Positions 25,650 through 33,867 are shown, counted from the first letter of the stretch. The stretch is DNA of 35,973 nt from Dehalococcoidales bacterium (GCA_035527575.1 DATLAD010000057.1:1-35973), one strand, 5' to 3'. Translations and numbers: made by a program. The notes: generated by a model not told the origin, from the letters alone.

Positions 25650-27449
25650 ATGCTTCGTCTGCCGTTTGAACTAAAAGCCTGCCCCGGGGAGTGCGGGAAG
25701 GAATGCGGGAACGCCACGGAAAAGTGCCCGGTATTCCAGAAAATCCCGGCCGAGTTCCAGGAGGTATGCAAGAAAAATCCGCATCTCCTCCAGTACCTGC
25801 ACATGCTTCCCGCGGATAAGATTGCCATTCCGCAGTACTACGAAAAAGTGACGCGGGCTTTAAAAGGCACCAAAAACCCCGACCTTATCTATAGTGTCGG
25901 CAGCGGGGTATTCGTTCATGTCCTGGCCAATCTTGAAGACATCAGGGACTACTATATCGCCGTGGAACCGAGCCTCATCGACCCGCAGGATAGCACCCTC
26001 GACGAGATAGAGTTGAAGCTTGCCGACTATGTCGAAGAGCTCGAGGGTATCGCCGACTCCTCAAAGCGTCTCGAAATCATCATGAGAATCGTCGACAGGA
26101 TTGTCGCGGTCAGCGGCTATAAAGCCCCCGAACCACAGCCGGACGCAAAGAAAGCCGACGCAGACAGTAAAAACGATACCAATAAAAAAGAGAGAAAACC
26201 TCTCTTCCTTAAGTCAAAAGGAAGCTCCAAGGGAAAGATACATATAACCAAGCTCCAGTATACCAGCCTCCGCTATCTGCTGCGGCGTAAGCTGGAAGGC
26301 ATGGGCCTCCTGGACCCCATGATACTGGACCCCAACATCGAAGATATTTCATGTTCCGGTCTCGGTAATATCTTTGTGGAGCATAAAATCTTCGGCGGTC
26401 TCAGGGCCAGCATCGGATTCGAGACCAACGAAGCGCTGGACAAATTCGTCATCGAGCTGGCCGAGGGTATCAAGCACCCGGTTACGTTCCGCGAACCGGT
26501 CGTCGACGCCACGCTGCCCGACGGCTCCCGTATCAATATCGTCTACGGCACCGACGTTTCCAAGCGGGGCAGCAACTTCACCATCAGGAAATTCAGCGAT
26601 ACGCCGCTGAGCATACTGGAGCTTATCCAGTTCGGCGCGCTTAACTACGACATGGCCGCTTACCTGTCCATAATACTCCAGGAAGGGATGAACGTCTGGG
26701 TATCCGGGGAAACGGCTTCCGGCAAAACAACCCTGATGAATGCGCTGACCACCTTTATCCCGCCCGAGTCGAAGATAGTAAGTATCGAAGACACCCCGGA
26801 AGTCCAGGTGCCACACCATAACTGGATTCGCGGGGTTACCCGCGGTTCCGCCAAGGATGCGGACTCCTCCGAGGTATCCATGTTCGACCTTCTCAAGGCT
26901 GCCCTGCGGCAGAGGCCCAACCTTATCATCATCGGCGAGATTCGTGGTGTCGAAGGGGCTATCGCCTTTCAGGCAATGCAAACCGGTCATGCCACGATGA
27001 GCACCTTCCACGCCGCCTCCGTATCCAAGCTCATCCAGCGTGTTACCGGCAACCCCATCAACGTACCCAAGACGTACGTGGACAATCTTAACGTCGTCGT
27101 TATCTGCCAGCAGGTCCGGCTGGCCAACGGCGGCCTGGCCCGGCGCCTGACCAGCATCAATGAAATCGTCAACTACGATTCGATAGCCGACTCGTTTTCT
27201 TTCATCGAGACCTTCTGTTGGAACCCTCTGAACGACACTTTTCTGTTCCGGGGTTTCCAGAACTCATACCTGCTGGAGAATAAAATCGCCCCCAGGCGCG
27301 GCCTGCCGGAAGAAAAAAGAAGGCAGATATACAAGGTATTAAAGCAAAGGTCTGACGTCCTGAAGCGTATTTGCGACCAGGGAAAAACTGATTTTTACGA
27401 AGTCTATGCAATATTATCCAAGGCGTACCGCGAGGGGTACTTCCGATAA
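25650..27449 (+). CDS. arlI: ArlI (FlaI) archaellum assembly/motor ATPase (type II/IV secretion NTPase family)
   Basis: 599 aa. It has Walker A (GETASGKTT), the Asp box and Walker B region (RQRPNLIIIGEIRG) and the His box (TGHATMSTFHA). The N-terminal Cys-rich segment and a Lys-rich insertion are unusual. Confidence 0.9.
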   Translation: MLRLPFELKACPGECGKECGNATEKCPVFQKIPAEFQEVCKKNPHLLQYLHMLPADKIAIPQYYEKVTRALKGTKNPDLIYSVGSGVFVHVLANLEDIRDYYIAVEPSLIDPQDSTLDEIELKLADYVEELEGIADSSKRLEIIMRIVDRIVAVSGYKAPEPQPDAKKADADSKNDTNKKERKPLFLKSKGSSKGKIHITKLQYTSLRYLLRRKLEGMGLLDPMILDPNIEDISCSGLGNIFVEHKIFGGLRASIGFETNEALDKFVIELAEGIKHPVTFREPVVDATLPDGSRINIVYGTDVSKRGSNFTIRKFSDTPLSILELIQFGALNYDMAAYLSIILQEGMNVWVSGETASGKTTLMNALTTFIPPESKIVSIEDTPEVQVPHHNWIRGVTRGSAKDADSSEVSMFDLLKAALRQRPNLIIIGEIRGVEGAIAFQAMQTGHATMSTFHAASVSKLIQRVTGNPINVPKTYVDNLNVVVICQQVRLANGGLARRLTSINEIVNYDSIADSFSFIETFCWNPLNDTFLFRGFQNSYLLENKIAPRRGLPEEKRRQIYKVLKQRSDVLKRICDQGKTDFYEVYAILSKAYREGYFR

Positions 27450-27505
27450 AAATAAGAGGGAACGGATAGCAGGTTTACGATAGTTTGCTATCATGGAGGT
27501 CACCA

Positions 27506-28045
27506 ATGCGTTTAAAAGGTTTTAATATAGGCAAATCCAAAGAAAAGCCCAAAGACGCCGCCGAGACGGAAGGCACCACGATTGAGCAAATCGTCGAGAT
27601 GGAAGAAAAGATTAACGGCAGGACCAAGAACCTCGAGGAAACGGCGCAGCAGCTGCTGGAGCTCTCCGATGAAGGCGTTACCCCTGTGGAGGATGCGCAT
27701 GTTTTAGCCAGGCCCCACGGACCTGTGGCCGAGCTATCGATCGAACCTGAAGATACAATGTCCGACATCGATGATTTAGATGCAGGGGCGGACGTGTTCG
27801 AGGCAGGCGGGGAAGGAATTAAGGTCGTCGAGGTAAGCGCGGGAACTCCCCCACCGCCGAAAGAGGAGAAAGAGGTAAAACTGGAGGATTTCAGTGATTC
27901 CATTAACAACCTCTTCAGCGATGAGGAGGAGGAAGAGAACCCGCTGGCCAACCTCATCAAGTCGATGCCCGATGTGACGACCGGGGAACTAATGGACGAT
28001 TTGAACGAGATAAAGGGAATTATAAAAGAATGGCAGAAAAGCTAA
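27506..28045 (+). CDS. highly acidic cluster-associated protein, unknown function
   Basis: The track ORF starts at TTG 27485. An ATG at 27506 lies 6 nt after GGAGG and gives MRLKGFNIGKSKEKPK... The protein is 179 aa and Glu/Asp-rich, with a short basic N-terminus and a predicted helical C-terminus (NPLANLIKSMPDVTTGELMDDLNEIKGIIKEW). Confidence 0.6.
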   Translation: MRLKGFNIGKSKEKPKDAAETEGTTIEQIVEMEEKINGRTKNLEETAQQLLELSDEGVTPVEDAHVLARPHGPVAELSIEPEDTMSDIDDLDAGADVFEAGGEGIKVVEVSAGTPPPPKEEKEVKLEDFSDSINNLFSDEEEEENPLANLIKSMPDVTTGELMDDLNEIKGIIKEWQKS

Positions 28046-28260
28046 ATAAGATATACCGCGCAGTCCGGGGATTCCTGCTCACGGGACTGAGGGAATTCCC
28101 CGATAAAATAGGGGGTTATCATGGTTGCCTGCCATGGTACAGCAGTAGTAGCCTGAAACTGAAGGGCAACCGGGCAAAATTGCCCGCAATACCTGTTGTC
28201 GTTGATGAAGCCATGGCTAGGAAGCGATCGTACCCTTTAAACCAGGGAGGCCGAAGATGA
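28030..28260 (+). CDS. possible small basic protein filling the arl/kinase gap (doubtful)
   Basis: 76 aa ORF. It overlaps the upstream stop by 16 nt and ends in an ATGA overlap with the kinase start. It has no clear RBS and contains several rare-looking codons, and the region also folds into hairpins. Confidence 0.2.
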   Translation: MAEKLNKIYRAVRGFLLTGLREFPDKIGGYHGCLPWYSSSSLKLKGNRAKLPAIPVVVDEAMARKRSYPLNQGGRR

Positions 28261-29759
28261 GTTACAAACGCAATAAAAAAAGCTGGTGGGCAAATAAACA
28301 CCTGCGGTACATCATAACCATCATGGTGCTTTGTTCCATCATTTACTATCTGCCCGTTATCGGCGGCTTATTCGGCTGGACATCCATGGAGAACTCCCTC
28401 AACAGCCTCCACGATTTCTACGGGATTGACTTTCTCGGTCTGATATTCTTCGCACCGGTGGTATACACCGCCTATGTGCTCGGCGTCATACCGGCTGTAC
28501 TTTCCGCCCTTATCGCCATGTTAATCCTGCTACCTTACGCCATACTGATAGACACCTATCCCAACGCCCTGTTCAAACCTACGGCCTTCGTTATCATCCT
28601 CAGCGCCGTCGGAGCGGCCATCGCTTTGCTTCAGAAAAGCGAGGCAGAGCACCGCCAGAGGATGAAAGAGATGAAATGCCTCTACGATACCGGCAAGGCG
28701 GTGGAAGAGAGCGGCTCCATAGACGAGTTCCTCGCGAAGGTGGTGGCCCTTATTCCCCACGCCATGCAGTCCCCCGAAGAAACCAATGTCAGAATCACCT
28801 TCCAGGACCAGGTCTACAAAAGCCCCGGTTTCCAGAAATCTCTAAGTAAGATAACGGAGAACCTGGTGGTGGGCGGCGAAGCGATGGGGCTCGTGGAGAT
28901 ATACTCCTCCCGCGATAACCCTTATTTAAAGAAGAGAAACCACCTGACCAAGACCCTCGTGGAGAGAATCGGCGGGGCTATCCGGCAGCTGGAACTGGAG
29001 CAGTCGTTACAGGGCTACTACGAACAGCTTGAAGACGAGGTCGAAAGCCGGACGAAGGACCTGGAGCACGTACAGCAGAAGCTCATCCGCTCCGAGAGGC
29101 TGGCCGCCGTCGGCGAGCTGGCCTCGGGCGTCGGCCACGAACTGCGCAACCCGCTGAACGTGATAAGGAACTGCGCCTATCTGCTCAATATGGCCATCAC
29201 CGATAAAGGCGACGAGGAGGCTGCGAATACCCTGAAAGTCCTGGACAAGCAGATTGACATCGCCAACAAAATCGTCACCGACCTGCTGGACTTCACCCGC
29301 ATTACGCCGCCATCGCCGGACATAGTCGACCTCAACCATTTAATCAACGAAAGCCTGTCATGGATATCCGTACCGGAGCACGTCACCGTGAAGGCCAACC
29401 TCAACGGCCATCCCATGAAGGTCAGGACGGATGCCGAGCAGATAAGCCGCGCCTTCACCAACATCATTTCCAATGCCATACAGGCCATGAACAGGAAAGA
29501 CGGAAAGCTGGACATAGACACCGGCACGGAGGACAGCTTTATCTGGATTAAAATCCAGGACAACGGCTGCGGCATACCGGAAGAGAACATGAGCAAGATA
29601 TTCGAGCCGCTCTTTACCACCAAGCCTAAGGGTATCGGCCTGGGGCTGGCCATTACGAAAAGGCTCATCGAGCAAAACGGAGGCAAAATAGAAGTCGCCA
29701 GCCAGGCAGGCCAGGGCACAACCTTTACCGTGAAGCTACCGTTAGAAAAAAGGAGATAG
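28257..29759 (+). CDS. membrane sensor histidine kinase (TM - GAF-like - HisKA - HATPase_c)
   Basis: 500 aa with about 4 N-terminal TM helices. Motifs: H-box ELASGVGHELRNPLN, N-box ISNAIQAM, G1 DNGCGIP, G2 GIGLGLAI. Confidence 0.85.
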   Translation: MSYKRNKKSWWANKHLRYIITIMVLCSIIYYLPVIGGLFGWTSMENSLNSLHDFYGIDFLGLIFFAPVVYTAYVLGVIPAVLSALIAMLILLPYAILIDTYPNALFKPTAFVIILSAVGAAIALLQKSEAEHRQRMKEMKCLYDTGKAVEESGSIDEFLAKVVALIPHAMQSPEETNVRITFQDQVYKSPGFQKSLSKITENLVVGGEAMGLVEIYSSRDNPYLKKRNHLTKTLVERIGGAIRQLELEQSLQGYYEQLEDEVESRTKDLEHVQQKLIRSERLAAVGELASGVGHELRNPLNVIRNCAYLLNMAITDKGDEEAANTLKVLDKQIDIANKIVTDLLDFTRITPPSPDIVDLNHLINESLSWISVPEHVTVKANLNGHPMKVRTDAEQISRAFTNIISNAIQAMNRKDGKLDIDTGTEDSFIWIKIQDNGCGIPEENMSKIFEPLFTTKPKGIGLGLAITKRLIEQNGGKIEVASQAGQGTTFTVKLPLEKRR

Positions 29760-29766
29760 ACCTGAA

Positions 29767-30528
29767 ATGAATGACGAACCGACGATTCTCGTAGTCGATG
29801 ATAACGAGGATTTACTGGAGACATTTGCCATGATTCTGAAGCGGCGCGGTTTTTACGTGGAAACGGCGAGCAACGGGGCATCCGCCGTAAACAAGTTTAA
29901 AGAACAGGACTTCGACGTTACGCTGATGGACATCGTCATGCCCGAGATGAACGGCGTGGAGGCCTTCCGTAAAATAAAGGAGACGCATCCCGAAGCCTCT
30001 ATCATACTGATGACGGCCTATTCCGACGAAGACCTGCTTCAGTCAGCCAAAGACGAGGGCGTTCGCCGGATTATACAGAAGCCGATAAGGATAGAGCAGC
30101 TGATAAAGCTGATTAACGAGGCAGCCAGCAGCGAGCCGATTCTCGTCATCGATGACGACGCCGATATCTGTGATACCCTGACACAGGTATTGAAACGGCA
30201 GGGGCACGAGGTATTGACGGCGGGCAGCGGTGAAGAGGCAATTATCATAGCGCAGGAAAAAGCCTGCCAGATAGCATTTATCGATGTCAAGCTGCCGAAC
30301 ATAGACGGACTGGAGACCCTCCTCCGCCTGAAGGAAATCAACCCGGATATCCTCACTGTCATGATGACCGGCTTCCGTAACGAAGTTAAAGAAGCCCTGG
30401 ACAAGGCACAGAAAGCTTCGGCGATTACCTGCCTTTACAAACCCTTCGACCCCGCCGAAGCCGCCGATATAGTGAAGAAAATCGGTAAAAAGGCACGTCA
30501 TTCCAGGAGAGTAGATGAAGGCAAATGA
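29767..30528 (+). CDS. tandem-receiver response regulator (REC-REC, no output domain)
   Basis: 253 aa. REC1 reads ILVVDDNEDL...DVTLMDIVMPEMNG...KP. REC2 reads ILVIDDDADI...IAFIDVKLPNIDG...YKP. Both keep the acidic pair, the acceptor Asp and the Lys. Confidence 0.85.
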   Translation: MNDEPTILVVDDNEDLLETFAMILKRRGFYVETASNGASAVNKFKEQDFDVTLMDIVMPEMNGVEAFRKIKETHPEASIILMTAYSDEDLLQSAKDEGVRRIIQKPIRIEQLIKLINEAASSEPILVIDDDADICDTLTQVLKRQGHEVLTAGSGEEAIIIAQEKACQIAFIDVKLPNIDGLETLLRLKEINPDILTVMMTGFRNEVKEALDKAQKASAITCLYKPFDPAEAADIVKKIGKKARHSRRVDEGK

Positions 30529-32131
30529 AAGCGTACTGGTAGTCGATGATGACCTCGATTTCCTGCAAATCATCAGTCGCATTCTGGGTAGCAAGGGCTA
30601 CGAGGTAGGAACGGCTCCTTCCGCCGGCGAGGCGATATCCCGGCTGAGAGAGCGTTTCTACAACGCCACTATCCTGGATATCAGCCTGCCCGATGCCAAC
30701 GGCACTGAGCTGCTCTCCAGAATAATCGATATGCACCCGGAAATCATCGCCATCATGCTGACCGGCCATTCCTCGGTAAAGAATGCCGTGGAATCGCTGA
30801 ACCGCGGCGCTTTCGCCTACCTGGAGAAACCGCTGGACCCGGAGAACCTCTTATCCGTCATCAGCCGCGGCCTGGAGAAGCAGCGCCTGGTCATGGAAAA
30901 CCAGCAGCTGGTGGAAGAACTGGAGCGGCACAACCGCATCACCAGTACCCTGCTCAACGTATCCCAGGCGGTATCGCAGTCCCTCGACCTGCAACAGATT
31001 ATAGATACGGCGCTGGAGAAATTAGCCCGGTCCACCGGGCTGGAGGCAAATTTCGTTTATCTCCATGAAAACGACCGCCTGTTGCTGAAGGGCCACCACG
31101 GGTTTTCACGCAGGATAATCCAGGCCATGCCGAAAGAGGTGGGCAAAGACAGCGATATTATCGGCCGTATTTTCGGGGAAGTCAGACCCGAAATAATCGA
31201 AGATTTAACAAAAGATGCAAAATCCGACATCAGCTTCCTGAGCAACGGAGGTTACCGCTCGTTTGCCGGCGTTCCCCTGACTATTTTAGGGGAGAGCATC
31301 GGCGTCCTGGGCGTAGCCACCAGCTTCGCAAACTACTTCAGCGCCAATAATATCGAGCTCCTCACGGGAGTAGGCCGCGAAATAGCCATCGCCGTGAGAA
31401 ACGCCCAGCTGTACGAAGAAGCATCGAGCGCCAGGGCGCTCCGGGAGCTGGACTCCATGCGCACCGAGTTCCTGGCCAACGTATCTCACGAACTGCGCAC
31501 CCCCCTGGCCGTGATAAAGGGCTCCGCCAATAGCCTCCTGCAGCCCGATGTCGTTTTCGACGAGCAGACACGGCGCGACTTCCTTGTGTCCATAGACAAA
31601 GACGCCGATACGCTGACCCGTCTGGTGGACGACCTGCTCATGATGTCGCGTCTCGAAGCCGAAGCGCTGGAGGTGAAAAGAAAGCCCCACAAGCTTACCG
31701 AGGTAATCGACTCGATAAAGGACAGGCTGGACAACCTGACCGCCAGACACCACCTGCGCATCGACATCCCCGATACAACGCCGCCGGTGGCCATCGATGA
31801 AGGCCGTATCGGGGAAGTGCTGACCAACCTTGTGGAGAATGCGGTGAAGTTCTCGGATGATAATATGACCATTACCATCGAAGCTCGCGCAAACGGCAAA
31901 GAAGTTATTTTAAGCGTTGCCGATGAAGGCATCGGCATTCCTCAGGAGCTTCACCAGAAAATATTCGAACGCTTTTTCCAGGGAGACAGTCGCAAGACCT
32001 TAAGGAGAAAGGGTACCGGACTGGGGCTCGCCATCTGCCGGGGTATCGTCGAGGCGCATGGCGGTAGAATCTGGGTGGAAAGCGAACCGGTTAAAGGCGC
32101 CAGGTTCAGCTTCAGTCTGCCGGTGGACTAA
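30515..32131 (+). CDS. hybrid kinase with N-terminal receiver (REC - GAF - HisKA - HATPase_c), KdpD-like catalytic core
   Basis: 538 aa. The REC reads VLVVDDDLDF...ATILDISLPDANG. A GAF-like middle region follows. Kinase motifs: H-box FLANVSHELRTPLAVIKG and G2 GTGLGLAICRGIVEAHGGRIW. The start overlaps the previous gene by 14 nt. Confidence 0.85.
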   Translation: MKANESVLVVDDDLDFLQIISRILGSKGYEVGTAPSAGEAISRLRERFYNATILDISLPDANGTELLSRIIDMHPEIIAIMLTGHSSVKNAVESLNRGAFAYLEKPLDPENLLSVISRGLEKQRLVMENQQLVEELERHNRITSTLLNVSQAVSQSLDLQQIIDTALEKLARSTGLEANFVYLHENDRLLLKGHHGFSRRIIQAMPKEVGKDSDIIGRIFGEVRPEIIEDLTKDAKSDISFLSNGGYRSFAGVPLTILGESIGVLGVATSFANYFSANNIELLTGVGREIAIAVRNAQLYEEASSARALRELDSMRTEFLANVSHELRTPLAVIKGSANSLLQPDVVFDEQTRRDFLVSIDKDADTLTRLVDDLLMMSRLEAEALEVKRKPHKLTEVIDSIKDRLDNLTARHHLRIDIPDTTPPVAIDEGRIGEVLTNLVENAVKFSDDNMTITIEARANGKEVILSVADEGIGIPQELHQKIFERFFQGDSRKTLRRKGTGLGLAICRGIVEAHGGRIWVESEPVKGARFSFSLPVD

Positions 32132-32144
32132 AGGGGGAACAGCT

Positions 32145-32840
32145 ATGGATAAAAAACACATTCTTATCGTGGACGACGACCCCGCCATCTTGAGGTTGCT
32201 CGGCACGAATCTCAAGGCGCGCGGCTACGAAGTCGTTGCCGCCACCAACGGGGAGGAATCACTGGAAGCGGTGCAGAGAGATTTCATCGACCTGATAATA
32301 CTCGACCTCATGATGCCCAAGGTGGACGGCGTGGAAGTGGTCCGCCGCATCCGGGAATGGTCGGACGTGCCCATTATCATTCTCAGCGCCCGCGGAGATG
32401 AAAACGACAAAGTGAAATGCCTGGAACTGGGCGCCGATGACTATCTGACCAAACCCTTCGGCATCGCGGAACTGATGGCCAGAATCAAGACGGCCTTCCG
32501 GCACCGCGGCGACCCCAGTGTCGCGCCGGCACAGTCGAACTTCGTCTGCGACGGCATGGAGATTAACTTCGCCAAGAGGCGCGTCACCGTTAACGGCAAA
32601 GAGATAACGCTCACCCCCACCGAGTACGCCCTGCTGCAACACCTGGCAGTGAACTCCGATAAAGTCCTCACCCACACCATGCTTCTACAGAGCGTCTGGG
32701 GCAACGAATATTCTTCCGAGAAGGAATACCTGCGCGTGTTCGTCGGGCGGCTGCGCCGCAAGCTGGAGTTTGACCCCAAGAACCCGAAGTTTATCCAGAC
32801 CATTCCCGGCGTGGGCTACCACCTGGCCACGATACAATAG
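32145..32840 (+). CDS. OmpR-family (KdpE-like) DNA-binding response regulator
   Basis: The internal ATG at 32145 follows AGGGGG. MDKKHILIVDDDPAIL...LIILDLMMPKVDG...LTKPF is followed by a winged-helix domain (LTPTEYALLQHLAVN...VFVGRLRRKLE...IQTIPGVGY). The track ORF start at 32058 overlaps the kinase gene. Confidence 0.9.
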   Translation: MDKKHILIVDDDPAILRLLGTNLKARGYEVVAATNGEESLEAVQRDFIDLIILDLMMPKVDGVEVVRRIREWSDVPIIILSARGDENDKVKCLELGADDYLTKPFGIAELMARIKTAFRHRGDPSVAPAQSNFVCDGMEINFAKRRVTVNGKEITLTPTEYALLQHLAVNSDKVLTHTMLLQSVWGNEYSSEKEYLRVFVGRLRRKLEFDPKNPKFIQTIPGVGYHLATIQ

Positions 32841-32871
32841 AAGAGATACACTCTCAATCAGAAAGAAACGA

Positions 32872-32898
32872 GGGGAGCCGTTATGGCTCCCCTTTTTT
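32872..32898 (+). terminator. rho-independent terminator
   Basis: GGGGAGCC-GTTAT-GGCTCCCC followed by TTTTTT, 32 nt after the regulator stop. Confidence 0.8.
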
Positions 32899-32985
32899 AT
32901 TTGTGTATATCTCTCTCTTAGGGGTAAAATCAGGTACAACCTATCGTTACTTTTTCCATTTTCGGCGCCAGGAGGTCTTCATAAT

Positions 32986-33423
32986 ATGGCCAGAACCAGG
33001 TACGGAAAACATATATTAACAGGGAAACTTATTAAAGACATACCGCACTACACCGGCAAATCAATCGTGGCGCATAACGGCGAGCTCGATGCGGACTGCA
33101 GCCTGGGTTATCACTGCATCTCCAGGCCCATGTCTTTCGACCGCCCCCACTCGCATGACTTCGCCGAAATGCTCTGCTTCATCGGGGGGAACCCGCTGGA
33201 CATTACCGACTTCGGGGCGGAAATAGAGTTCACCCTGGGCGACGAAAAACATGTCATTACCACCCCCGCCGTCGTTTCCATTCCCCCCGGCTTAACGCAC
33301 TGCCCGATAGTCTTCAAAAAGGTCGAGAAACCCCTTGTATTCCTGGAAGTATCGCTCACCCGCATATGGAAGCCGGGCGGGCCGCCGAAGAAAAGAAAGA
33401 CCTCTGAAAAACAGTCCGGATAA
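32986..33423 (+). CDS. cupin-fold protein, paralog 1
   Basis: ATG at 32986 after GGAGG; the track ORF start at 32770 runs through the terminator. Cupin motif 1 is HSHDFAEMLCFIGG (HxH-x3-E-x6-G) and motif 2 is PPGLTH (PxGxxH). It has a basic C-tail (PPKKRKTSEKQSG). Confidence 0.7.
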   Translation: MARTRYGKHILTGKLIKDIPHYTGKSIVAHNGELDADCSLGYHCISRPMSFDRPHSHDFAEMLCFIGGNPLDITDFGAEIEFTLGDEKHVITTPAVVSIPPGLTHCPIVFKKVEKPLVFLEVSLTRIWKPGGPPKKRKTSEKQSG

Positions 33424-33435
33424 GGAGAAAAACAA

Positions 33436-33867
33436 TTGGCCAAATCGAAATACGGAAAATACATTATCACCAAGGCAAAGCCTCCCAGGACCAGGCCTCC
33501 CCGGCCGCCGGCGGGTGAACGCTCCGGCGAGATTGTGGTCGTTGTGGATGACGAGGTCATCAAGGGAGCTTTCTATCTTAACTGCGCCCTGATATGGAAA
33601 GCGTCAGGCGGGGGTAGTCCGCCCAACAGCCATTCCCACGACTGGGACGAATACATCGGGTTCTTCGGGAGCAACCCGGAAGACCCGCACGACTTATGCG
33701 GAGAGGTGGAAATACACCTGGGTGATGAAAAGCATATCCTTACTAAAAGCTGCGCGGTCTTCGTGCCCGCAGGTCTTTCACACTGTCCTATATACTTCCG
33801 CAGGGTGGACAGGCCCATTTTCTATTTCACCACCGGCCCTAAAAGCGTATACGATAAGAAAGGCTAA
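33436..33867 (+). CDS. cupin-fold protein, paralog 2
   Basis: 143 aa, TTG start. It has the same opening as paralog 1 (MAKSKYGKYIIT versus MARTRYGKHILT). Motifs are HSHDWDEYIGFFG and PAGLSH. It carries a Pro/Arg-rich insert (KPPRTRPPRPPAGE). Confidence 0.65.
   Translation: MAKSKYGKYIITKAKPPRTRPPRPPAGERSGEIVVVVDDEVIKGAFYLNCALIWKASGGGSPPNSHSHDWDEYIGFFGSNPEDPHDLCGEVEIHLGDEKHILTKSCAVFVPAGLSHCPIYFRRVDRPIFYFTTGPKSVYDKKG

Noticed and set aside
27475-27960. 161 aa Ser-rich ORF on the minus strand.
   Set aside because: It is antisense to the acidic-protein gene. The Ser/Leu richness is the mirror image of GAA/GAG-rich coding sequence.
16761-28045. The archaellum genes might mean the whole window is archaeal.
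   Set aside because: The flanks and intergenic signals look bacterial. There is a TTGACA-18-TATGAT promoter, several hairpin plus T-run terminators, a lipobox lipoprotein, and NarL- and OmpR-type regulators. The tRNA-Lys has a bacterial-type layout (GGTTCGATTCC T-arm and encoded CCA). Only a search or phylogeny can settle this.
32058-32144. Upstream extension of the OmpR-type regulator ORF.
   Set aside because: It overlaps the end of the kinase gene. The receiver domain begins at MDKKHILIVDDD, which is preceded by AGGGGG.
32770-32985. Upstream extension of cupin paralog 1.
   Set aside because: It would read through the regulator's 3-prime end and the strong terminator at 32872..32898. The ATG at 32986 has a GGAGG.
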